From: Eledone cirrhosa
Lineage: Eukaryota
DNA length: 64,000 nt
Reading direction: 5' to 3'
Assembly: GCA_964016885.1 (NCBI GenBank)
Contig: OZ024742.1
Coordinates: 151,032,001-151,096,000, forward strand
Below are positions 24,318 through 35,600 of the stretch, piece by piece; positions within the stretch are counted from its first letter, which is position 1, and each line of letters begins with the position of its first letter. The notes under the pieces were generated by a model that saw nothing but the letters and a program-made list of their open reading frames with translations, was not told the DNA's origin and made no database searches. The translations under genes were made by a program, and so were the position numbers.

Positions 24318-27300
24318 TTAGGGTTAGGGTTAGGGTTAGGGTTAGGGTTAGGGTTAGGTTTAGGGTTAGGGTTAGGGTTAGGGTTAGGGTTAGGGTTAGG
24401 GTTAGGGTTAGGGTTAGGGTTACGGTTAGGGTTAGGGTTAGGTTTAGGGTTTGCTGTTAGTGTTCGGGTTAGGGTTAGGGCTAGGGTTAGGGTTAGATTT
24501 AGCTGTTAGGGTTAGGGTTTGCTGTTACGGTTCGGGTTAGGGTTTGGGTTAGGCTTAGGGTTAGGGTTAGGGTTAGGGTTAGTGTTAGGGTTAGGGTTAG
24601 GGCTAGGGTTAGGGTTAGGGTTAATGTTACGGTTAGGGTTAGGTTTAGGGTTAGGGTTAGGGTTAGGGTTAGCGTTAGGGTTAGGGTTAGTGTTAGGGTT
24701 AGGGTTAGGGTTAGGTTAGGGTTACGGTTATGGTTAGGGTTAGGGTTAGTGATAGGGTGAGGGTTAGGGTTAGGGTTAAGGTTAGCGTTAGGGTTAGGGT
24801 TAGGTTTAGGGTTAGGGCTAGGGTTAGGGTTAGGGTTAAGGTTAGGGTTAGGGTTGGGGTTAGGGTTAGGGTTGGGGGTAGGGTTATTGTTAGGGTTAGG
24901 GTTAGTGTTAGGGTTGGGGTTGGAGTTAGGGTTAGGTTTAGTGTTAGGGTTAGGGTTAGGGTTACGGTTAGGTTCAGGGTTAGGGTTAGGGTTAGGGTTT
25001 GCTGTTAGGGTTCGGGTTAGGGTTAGGGTTAGGGTTAGGGTTAGGGCTAGGGCTAGGGTTAGGGTTAGGGTTAGGGTTAATGTTACGGTGAGGGTTAGGT
25101 TTAGGGTTAGGGTTAGGGTTAGGGTTAGCGTTAGGGTTAGGGTTAGTGTTAGGGTTAGGGTTAGGGTTAGGGTTAGGGTTACGGTTATGGTTAGGGTTAG
25201 GGTTAGTGATAGGGTGAGGGTTAGGGTTAGGGTTAAGGTTAGCGTTAGGGTTAGGGTTAGGTTTATGGTTAGGGTTAGGGTTAGGGTTAGGGTTAGGGTT
25301 AAGGTTAGGGTTAGGGTTGGGGTTAGGGTTAGGGTTGGGGGTAGGGTTATGGTTAGGGTTAGGGTTAGTGTTAGGGTTGGAGTTGGAGTTAGGTTTAGGG
25401 TTGGGATTTGGGGTTAGGGGTTAGGGTTGGGGTTATGGTAAGTGTTAGGGTTAGGGTTAGGGTTAGGGTTAGGGTTAGGATTAGGGTTAGGGTTAGGGTT
25501 AGGGTTAGGTTTAGGGTTTGCTGTTAGGGTTAGGGTTAGGGTTAGTCTTAGGGTTAGGGGTAGGGTTAGGGTTAGGGTTAGGGTTAGGGTTAGGGTTGGG
25601 GTTGGGTTAAGGGTTGGGGTTGGGGTTAGGGTTTCCTGTTAGGGTTAGGGTTATCTGTTAGGGTTAGGGTTTGCTGTAAGGGTTCGGGTTAGGGTTACGG
25701 TTAGGGTTAGGGTTAGGGTTAGCGTTAGGGTTAGCGTTCGGGTTAGGGTTACGGTTAGGGTTAGGGTTAGGGTTAGGGTTCGGGTTAGGGTTAGGTTTAG
25801 GGTTAGGGTTAGGGTTAGCGTTAGGGTTAGGGTTAGGGTTAGGGTTAGGGTTAGGGTTAGGTTTACGGTTAGGGTTAGGGTTAGGGTTAGGGTTAGGGTT
25901 AGGGCTAGGGCTAGGGTTAGGGTTAGGGTTAGGGTTAATGTTACGGTTAGGGTTAGGTTTAGGGTTAGGGTTAGGGTTACGGTTAGCGTTAGGGTTAGGG
26001 TTAGTGTTAGGGTTAGGGTTAGGGTTAGGGTTAGGGTTACGGTTACGGTTAGGGTTAGGGTTAGTGATAGGGTGAGGGTTAGGGTTAAGGTTAGCGTTAG
26101 GGTTAGGGTTAGGTTTAGGGTCAGGGTTAGGGTTAGGGTTAGGGTTAAGTTTAGGGTTAGGGTTGGGGTTAGGGTTAGGGTTGGGGGTAGGGTTATGGTT
26201 AGGGTTAGGGTTAGTGTTAGGGTTGGGGTTGGAGTTAGGTTTAGGGTTAAGGTTAGGGTCGGGATTTGGGGTTAGGGGTTAGGGTTGGGGTTATGGTAAG
26301 TGTTAGGGTTAGGGTTAGGGTTAGGGTTAGGATTAGGGTTAGGGTTAGGTTTAGGGTTTGCTGTTAGGGTTAGGCTTAGGGTTAGGGGTAGGGTTAGGGT
26401 TAGGGTTAGGGTTAGGGTTAGGGTTGGGGTTAGGGTTAGGGTTGGGGTTGGGTTAAGGGTTGGGGTTGGGGTTAGGGTTAGCTGTTAGGGTTAGGGTTAT
26501 CTGTTAGGGTTAGGGTTTGCTGTTAGGGATCGGGTTAGGGTTACGGTTAGAGTTACGGTTAGGGTTAGGGTTAGGGTTAGCGTTAGGGTTAGGGTTAGCG
26601 TTCGGGTTAGGGTTAGCGTTCTGGTTAGGGTTACGGTTAGGGTTAGGGTTAGGGTTAGGTTTAGGGTTAGGGTTAGGTTTAGGGTTAGGGTTAGGGTTAG
26701 CGTTAGGGTTAGGGTTAGGGTTAGGGTTAGGGTTAGGGTTACGGTTAGGGTTAGGGTTAGGGTTAGGGTTTGCTGTTAGTGTTCGGGTTAGGGTTATGGT
26801 TAGGGTTAGGGTTAGATTTAGCTGTTAGGGTTAGGGTTTGCTGTTACGGTTCGGGTTAGGGTTTGGGTTAGGCTTAGGGTTAGGGTTAGGGTTAGGGTTA
26901 GGGTTAGGGCTAGGGCTAGTGTTAGGGTTAGGGTTAATGTTACGGTTAGGGTTAGGTTTAGGGTTAGGGTTAGGGTTAGGGTTAGCGTTAGGGTTAGGGT
27001 TAGTGTTAGGGTTAGGGTTAGGGTTAGGTTAGGGTTACGGTTACGGTTAGGGTTAGGGCTAGTGATAGTGTGAGAATTAGAGTTAGGGTTAAGGTTAGCG
27101 TTAGGGTTAGGGTTAGGTTTAGGGTTAGGGCCAGGGTTAGGGTTAGGGTTAAGGTTAGGGTTAGGGTTGGGGTTAGGGTTAGGGTTGGGGGTAGGGTTAT
27201 GGTTAGGGTTAGGGTTAGTGTTAGGGTTGGGGTTGGAGTTAGGGTTAGGGTTAGCGTTAGGGTTAGGGTTAGGGTTAGGGTTAGGGTTAGGGTTAGGGTT

Positions 27301-30300
27301 AGGGTTAGGGTTAGGGTTCGGGTTAGGGTTACGGTTAGAGTTACGGTTAGGGTTAGGGTTAGGGTTAGCGTTAGGGTTAGCGTTCGGGTTAGGGCTAGGG
27401 TTAGGGTTAGGGTTAGGGTTAGGGTTAGGGTTAGGGTTAGGGTTAGGGTTAGGGTTAGGGTTAGGGTTAGCGTTCGGGTTAGGGTTACAGTTAGGGTTAG
27501 GGTTAGGGTTAGGGTTAGGGTTAGGGTTAGGTTTAGGGTTAGGGTTAGGGTTAGCGTTAGGGTTAGGGTTAGGGTTAGGGTTAGGTTTACGGTTAGGGTT
27601 AGGGTTAGGGTTAGGGTTAGGGTTTGCTGTTAGTGTTCGGGTTAGGGTTAGGGTTAGGGTTAGGGTTAGCTGTTAGGGTTAGGGTTTGCTGTTACGGTTC
27701 GGGTTAGGATTTGGGTTAGGCTTAGGGTTAGGGTTAGGGTTAGGGTTAGGGTTAGGGTTAGGGCTAGGATTAGGGTTAGGGTTAGGGTTAGGGTTAATGT
27801 TACGGTTAGGGTTAGGTTTAGGGTTAGGGTTAGGGTTACGGTTAGCGTTAGGGTTAGGGTTAGTGTTAGGGTTAGGGTTAGGGTTAGGGTTAGGGTTACG
27901 GTTACGGTTAGGGTTAGGGTTAGTGATAGGGTGAGGGTTAGGGTTAAGGTTAGCGTTAGGGTTAGGGTTAGGTTTAGGGTCAGGGTTAGGGTTAGGGTTA
28001 GGGTTAAGTTTAGGGTAAGGTTGGGGTTAGGGTTAGGGTTGGGGGTAGGGTTATGGTTAGGGTTAGGGTTAGTGTTAGGGTTGGGGTTGGAGTTAGGTTT
28101 AGGGTTAAGGTTAGGGTTGGGATTTGGGGTTAGGGGTTAGGGTTGGGGTTATGGTAAGTGTTAGGGTTAGGGTTAGGGTTAGGGTTAGGATTAGGGTTAG
28201 GGTTAGGGTTAGTGTTAGGGTTAGGTTTAGGGTTTGCTGTTAGGGTTAGGGTTAGGGTTAGGCTTAGGGTTAGGGGTAGGGTTAGGGTTAGGGTTAGGGT
28301 TAGGGTTAGGGTTGGGGTTAGGGTTAGGGTTGGGGTTGGGTTAAGGGGTGGGGTTGGGGTTAGGGTTAGCTGTTACGGTTAGGTTTATCTGTTAGGGTTA
28401 GGGTTTGCTGTTAGGGTTCGGGTTAGGGTTACGGTTAGAGTTACGGTTAGGGTTAGGGTTAGGGTTAGCGTTAGGGTTAGGGTTAGGGTTAGGGTTAGGG
28501 TTAGGGTTAGGTTTAGGGTTAGGGTTAGGGTTAGGGTTAGGGTTAGGGTTAGGGTTAGGGTTAGGGTTAGGGTTACGGTTAGGGTTAGGGTTAGGTTTAG
28601 GGTTTGCTGTTAGTGTTCGGGTTAGGGTTAGGGCTAGGGTTAGGGTTAGATTTAGCTGTTAGGGTTAGGGTTTGCTGTTACGGTTCGGGTTAGGGTTTGG
28701 GTTAGGCTTAGGGTTAGGGTTAGGGTTAGGGTTAGTGTTAGGGTTAGGGTTAGGGCTAGGGTTAGGGTTAGGGTTAATGTTACGGTTAGGGTTAGGTTTA
28801 GGGTTAGGGTTAGGGTTAGGGTTAGCGTTAGGGTTAGGGTTAGTGTTAGGGTTAGGGTTAGGGTTAGGTTAGGGTTACGGTTATGGTTAGGGTTAGGGTT
28901 AGTGATAGGGTGAGGGTTAGGGTTAGGGTTAAGGTTAGCGTTAGGGTTAGGGTTAGGTTTAGGGTTAGGGCTAGGGTTAGGGTTAGGGTTAAGGTTAGGG
29001 TTAGGGTTGGGGTTAGGGTTAGGGTTGGGGGTAGGGTTATTGTTAGGGTTAGGGTTAGTGTTAGGGTTGGGGTTGGAGTTAGGGTTAGGTTTAGTGTTAG
29101 GGTTAGGGTTAGGGTTACGGTTAGGTTCAGGGTTAGGGTTAGGGTTAGGGTTTGCTGTTAGGGTTCGGGTTAGGGTTAGGGTTAGGGTTAGGGTTAGGGC
29201 TAGGGCTAGGGTTAGGGTTAGGGTTAGGGTTAATGTTACGGTGAGGGTTAGGTTTAGGGTTAGGGTTAGGGTTAGGGTTAGCGTTAGGGTTAGGGTTAGT
29301 GTTAGGGTTAGGGTTAGGGTTAGGGTTAGGGTTACGGTTATGGTTAGGGTTAGGGTTAGTGATAGGGTGAGGGTTAGGGTTAGGGTTAAGGTTAGCGTTA
29401 GGGTTAGGGTTAGGTTTATGGTTAGGGTTAGGGTTAGGGTTAGGGTTAGGGTTAAGGTTAGGGTTAGGGTTGGGGTTAGGGTTAGGGTTGGGGGTAGGGT
29501 TATGGTTAGGGTTAGGGTTAGTGTTAGGGTTGGAGTTGGAGTTAGGTTTAGGGTTGGGATTTGGGGTTAGGGGTTAGGGTTGGGGTTATGGTAAGTGTTA
29601 GGGTTAGGGTTAGGGTTAGGGTTAGGGTTAGGATTAGGGTTAGGGTTAGGGTTAGGGTTAGGTTTAGGGTTTGCTGTTAGGGTTAGGGTTAGGGTTAGTC
29701 TTAGGGTTAGGGGTAGGGTTAGGGTTAGGGTTAGGGTTAGGGTTAGGGTTGGGGTTGGGTTAAGGGTTGGGGTTGGGGTTAGGGTTTCCTGTTAGGGTTA
29801 GGGTTATCTGTTAGGGTTAGGGTTTGCTGTAAGGGTTCGGGTTAGGGTTACGGTTAGGGTTAGGGTTAGGGTTAGCGTTAGGGTTAGCGTTCGGGTTAGG
29901 GTTACGGTTAGGGTTAGGGTTAGGGTTAGGGTTCGGGTTAGGGTTAGGTTTAGGGTTAGGGTTAGGGTTAGCGTTAGGGTTAGGGTTAGGGTTAGGGTTA
30001 GGGTTAGGGTTAGGTTTACGGTTAGGGTTAGGGTTAGGGTTAGGGTTAGGGTTAGGGCTAGGGCTAGGGTTAGGGTTAGGGTTAGGGTTAATGTTACGGT
30101 TAGGGTTAGGTTTAGGGTTAGGGTTAGGGTTACGGTTAGCGTTAGGGTTAGGGTTAGTGTTAGGGTTAGGGTTAGGGTTAGGGTTAGGGTTACGGTTACG
30201 GTTAGGGTTAGGGTTAGTGATAGGGTGAGGGTTAGGGTTAAGGTTAGCGTTAGGGTTAGGGTTAGGTTTAGGGTCAGGGTTAGGGTTAGGGTTAGGGTTA

Positions 30301-32630
30301 AGTTTAGGGTTAGGGTTGGGGTTAGGGTTAGGGTTGGGGGTAGGGTTATGGTTAGGGTTAGGGTTAGTGTTAGGGTTGGGGTTGGAGTTAGGTTTAGGGT
30401 TAAGGTTAGGGTCGGGATTTGGGGTTAGGGGTTAGGGTTGGGGTTATGGTAAGTGTTAGGGTTAGGGTTAGGGTTAGGGTTAGGATTAGGGTTAGGGTTA
30501 GGTTTAGGGTTTGCTGTTAGGGTTAGGCTTAGGGTTAGGGGTAGGGTTAGGGTTAGGGTTAGGGTTAGGGTTAGGGTTGGGGTTAGGGTTAGGGTTGGGG
30601 TTGGGTTAAGGGTTGGGGTTGGGGTTAGGGTTAGCTGTTAGGGTTAGGGTTATCTGTTAGGGTTAGGGTTTGCTGTTAGGGATCGGGTTAGGGTTACGGT
30701 TAGAGTTACGGTTAGGGTTAGGGTTAGGGTTAGCGTTAGGGTTAGGGTTAGCGTTCGGGTTAGGGTTAGCGTTCTGGTTAGGGTTACGGTTAGGGTTAGG
30801 GTTAGGGTTAGGTTTAGGGTTAGGGTTAGGTTTAGGGTTAGGGTTAGGGTTAGCGTTAGGGTTAGGGTTAGGGTTAGGGTTAGGGTTAGGGTTACGGTTA
30901 GGGTTAGGGTTAGGGTTAGGGTTTGCTGTTAGTGTTCGGGTTAGGGTTATGGTTAGGGTTAGGGTTAGATTTAGCTGTTAGGGTTAGGGTTTGCTGTTAC
31001 GGTTCGGGTTAGGGTTTGGGTTAGGCTTAGGGTTAGGGTTAGGGTTAGGGTTAGGGTTAGGGCTAGGGCTAGTGTTAGGGTTAGGGTTAATGTTACGGTT
31101 AGGGTTAGGTTTAGGGTTAGGGTTAGGGTTAGGGTTAGCGTTAGGGTTAGGGTTAGTGTTAGGGTTAGGGTTAGGGTTAGGTTAGGGTTACGGTTACGGT
31201 TAGGGTTAGGGCTAGTGATAGTGTGAGAATTAGAGTTAGGGTTAAGGTTAGCGTTAGGGTTAGGGTTAGGTTTAGGGTTAGGGCCAGGGTTAGGGTTAGG
31301 GTTAAGGTTAGGGTTAGGGTTGGGGTTAGGGTTAGGGTTGGGGGTAGGGTTATGGTTAGGGTTAGGGTTAGTGTTAGGGTTGGGGTTGGAGTTAGGGTTA
31401 GGGTTAGCGTTAGGGTTAGGGTTAGGGTTAGGGTTAGGGTTAGGGTTAGGGTTAGGGTTAGGGTTAGGGTTCGGGTTAGGGTTACGGTTAGAGTTACGGT
31501 TAGGGTTAGGGTTAGGGTTAGCGTTAGGGTTAGCGTTCGGGTTAGGGCTAGGGTTAGGGTTAGGGTTAGGGTTAGGGTTAGGGTTAGGGTTAGGGTTAGG
31601 GTTAGGGTTAGGGTTAGCGTTCGGGTTAGGGTTACAGTTAGGGTTAGGGTTAGGGTTAGGGTTAGGGTTAGGGTTAGGTTTAGGGTTAGGGTTAGGGTTA
31701 GCGTTAGGGTTAGGGTTAGGGTTAGGGTTAGGTTTACGGTTAGGGTTAGGGTTAGGGTTAGGGTTAGGGTTTGCTGTTAGTGTTCGGGTTAGGGTTAGGG
31801 TTAGGGTTAGGGTTAGCTGTTAGGGTTAGGGTTTGCTGTTACGGTTCGGGTTAGGATTTGGGTTAGGCTTAGGGTTAGGGTTAGGGTTAGGGTTAGGGTT
31901 AGGGTTAGGGCTAGGATTAGGGTTAGGGTTAGGGTTAGGGTTAATGTTACGGTTAGGGTTAGGTTTAGGGTTAGGGTTAGGGTTACGGTTAGCGTTAGGG
32001 TTAGGGTTAGTGTTAGGGTTAGGGTTAGGGTTAGGGTTAGGGTTACGGTTACGGTTAGGGTTAGGGTTAGTGATAGGGTGAGGGTTAGGGTTAAGGTTAG
32101 CGTTAGGGTTAGGGTTAGGTTTAGGGTCAGGGTTAGGGTTAGGGTTAGGGTTAAGTTTAGGGTTAGGGTTGGGGTTAGGGTTAGGGTTGGGGGTAGGGTT
32201 ATGGTTAGGGTTAGGGTTAGTGTTAGGGTTGGGGTTGGAGTTAGGTTTAGGGTTAAGGTTAGGGTTGGGATTTGGGGTTAGGGGTTAGGGTTGGGGTTAT
32301 GGTAAGTGTTAGGGTTAGGGTTAGGGTTAGGGTTAGGATTAGGGTTAGGGTTAGGGTTAGTGTTAGGGTTAGGTTTAGGGTTTGCTGTTAGGGTTAGGGT
32401 TAGGGTTAGGCTTAGGGTTAGGGGTAGGGTTAGGGTTAGGGTTAGGGTTAGGGTTAGGGTTGGGGTTAGGGTTAGGGTTGGGGTTGGGTTAAGGGGTGGG
32501 GTTGGGGTTAGGGTTAGCTGTTACGGTTAGGTTTATCTGTTAGGGTTAGGGTTTGCTGTTAGGGTTCGGGTTAGGGTTACGGTTAGAGTTACGGTTAGGG
32601 TTAGGGTTAGGGTTAGCGTTAGGGTTAGGG
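24318..32630 (+). repeat. Near-perfect tandem duplication, period 4153 bp (4147-4148 distally)
   Basis: ORF pairs from 24519/28672 to 27167/31320 are offset 4153. Pair 27686/31833 is offset 4147 and pair 28158/32306 is offset 4148. Private motif GTGATAGTGTGAGAATTAGAG at 27062 and 31215. Confidence 0.93.
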
Positions 32631-35600
32631 TTAGCGTTCGGGTTAGGGTTAGCGTTCTGGTTAGGGTTACGGTTAGGGTTAGGGTTAGGGTTAGGGTTAG
32701 GGTTAGGGTTAGGGTTAGGGTTAGGTTTAGGGTTAGGGTTAGGGTTAGCGTTAGGGTTAGGGTTAGGGTTAGGGTTAGGGTTAGGGTTACGGTTAGGGTT
32801 AGGGTTAGGGTTAGGGTTTGCTGTTAGTGTTCGGGTTAGGGTTAGGTTTAGGGTTAGGGTTAGATTTAGCTGTTAGGGTTAGGGTTTGCTGTTACGGTTC
32901 GGGTTAGGCTATGGGTTAGGCTTAGGGTTAGGGTTAGGGTTAGGGTTAGGGCTAGGGCTAGGGATAGGGTTAGGGTTAATGTTACGGTTAGGGTTAGGTT
33001 TAGGGTTAGGGTTAGGGTTAGGGTTAGCGTTAGTGTTAGGGTTAGTGTTAGGGTTAGGGTTAGGGTTAGGTTAGGGTTACGGTTACGGTTAGGGTTAGGG
33101 TTAGTGATAGGGTGAGGGTTAGAGTTAGGGTTAAGGTTAGCGTTAGGGTTAGGGTTAGGTTTAGGGTTAGGGCTAGGGTTAGGGTTAGGGTTAAGGTTAG
33201 GGTTAGGGTTGGGGTTAGGGTTAGGGTTGGGGGTAGGGTTATGGTTAGGGTTAGGGTTAGTGTTAGGGTTGGGGTTGGAGTTAGGGTTAGGGTTAGCGTT
33301 AGGGTTAGGGTTAGGGTTAGGGTTAGGGTTAGGGTTAGGGTTAGGGTTCGGGTTAGGGTTACGGTTAGAGTTACGGTTAGGGTTAGGGTTAGGGTTAGCG
33401 TTAGGGTTAGCGTTCGGGTTAGGGTTACGGTTAGGGTTAGGGTTAGGGTTAGGGTTAGGGTTAGGGTTAGGGTTAGGGTTAAGTTTAGGGTTAGGGTTGG
33501 GGTTAGGGTTAGGGTTGGGGGTAGGGTTATGGTTAGGGTTAGGGTTAGTGTTAGGGTTGGGGTTGGAGTTAGGTTTAGGGTTAAGGTTAGGGTTGGGATT
33601 TGGGGTTAGGGGTTAGGGTTGGGGTTATGGTAAGTGTTAGGGTTAGGGTTAGGGTTAGGGTTAGGATTAGGGTTAGGGTTAGGGTTAGTGTTAGGGTTAG
33701 GTTTAGGGTTTGCTGTTAGGGTTAGGGTTAGGGTTAGGCTTAGGGTTAGGGTTAGGGTTAGGGTTAGGGTTAGGGTTCGGGTTAGGGTTACGGTTAGAGT
33801 TCGGGTTAGGGTTACAGTTAGGGTTAGGGTTAGGGTTAGGGTTAGGGTTAGGGTTAGGTTTAGGGTTAGGGTTAGGGTTAGCGTTAGGGTTAGGGTTAGG
33901 GTTAGGGTTAGGGTTAGGGTTAGGTTTACGGTTAGGGTTAGGGTTAGGGTTAGGGTTAGGGCTTGCTGTTAGTGTTCGGGTTAGGGTTAGGGTTAGGGTT
34001 AGGGTTAGCTGTTAGGGTTAGGGTTTGCTGTTACGGTTCGGGTTAGGATTTGGGTTAGGCTTAGGGTTAGGGTTAGGGTTAGGGTTAGGGTTAAGGTTAG
34101 GGCTAGGGCTAGGGTTAGGGTTAGGGTTAGGGTTAATGTTACGGTTAGGGTTAGGTTTAGGGTTAGGGTTAGGGTTACGGTTAGCGTTAGGGTTAGGGTT
34201 AGTGTTAGGGTTAGGGTTAGGGTTAGGGTTACGGTTACGGTTAGGGTTAGGGTTAGTGATAGGGTGAGGGTTAGGGTTAAGGTTAGCGTTAGGGTTAGGG
34301 TTAGGTTTAGGGTCAGGGTTAGGGTTAGGGTTAGGGTTAAGTTTAGGGTTAGGGTTGGGGTTAGGGTTAGGGTTGGGGGTAGGGTTATGGTTAGGGTTAG
34401 GGTTAGTGTTAGGGTTGGGGTTGGAGTTAGGTTTAGGGTTAAGGTTAGGGTTGGGATTTGGGGTTAGGGGTTAGGGTTGGGGTTATGGTAAGTGTTAGGG
34501 TTAGGGTTAGGGTTAGGATTAGGGTTAGGGTTAGGGTTAGTGTTAGGGTTAGGTTTAGGGTTTGCTGTTAGGGTTAGGGTTAGGGTTAGGCTTAGGGTTA
34601 GGGGTAGGGTTAGGGTTAGGGTTAGGGTTAGGGTTAGGGTTGGGGTTAGGGTTAGGGTTGGGGTTGGGTTAAGGGTTGGGGTTGGGGTTAGGGTTAGCTG
34701 TTACGGTTAGGTTTATCTGTTAGGGTTAGGGTTTGCTGTTAGGGTTCGGGTTAGGGTTACGGTTAGAGTTACGGTTAGGGTTAGGGTTAGTGTTAGCGTT
34801 AGGGTTAGGGTTAGCGTTCGGGTTAGGGTTAGCGTTCTGGTTAGGGTTAGGGTTAGGGTTAGGGTTAGGGTTAGGGTTAGGGTTAGGGTTAGGTTTAGGG
34901 TTAGGGTTAGGGTTAGCGTTATGGTTAGGGTTAGGGTTAGGGTTAGGGTTAGGGTTACGGTTAGGGTTAGGGTTAGGGTTAGGGTTTGCTGTTAGTGTTC
35001 GGGTTAGGGTTAGGGTTAGGGTTAGGGTTAGATTTAGCTGTTAGGGTTAGGGTTTGCTGTTACGGTTCGGGTTAGGGTTTGGGTTAGGCTTAGGATTAGG
35101 GTTAGGGTTAGGGTTAGGGCTAGGGCTAGGGTTAGGGTTAGGGTTAATGTTACGGTTAGGGTTAGGTTTAGGGTTAGGGTTAGGGTTAGGGTTAGCGTTA
35201 GGGTTAGGGTTAGTGTTAGGGTTAGGGTTAGGGTTAGGTTAGGGTTACGGTTACGGTTAGGGTTAGGGTTAGTGATAGGGTGAGGGTTAGAGTTAGGGTT
35301 AAGGTTAGCGTTAGGGTTAGGGTTAGGTTTAGGGTTAGGGCTAGGGTTAGGGTTAGGGTTAAGGTTAGGGTTAGGGTTGGGGTTAGGGTTAGGGTTGGGG
35401 GTAGGGTTATGGTTAGGGTTAGGGTTAGTGTTAGGGTTGGGGTTGGAGTTAGGGTTAGGGTTAGCGTTAGGGTTAGGGTTAGGGTTAGGGTTAGGGTTAG
35501 GGTTAGGGTAAGGGTTAGGGTTAGGGTTCGGGTTAGGGTTACGGTTAGAGTTAAGGTTAGGGTTAGGGTCAGGGTTAGCGTTAGGGTTAGCGTTCGGGTT

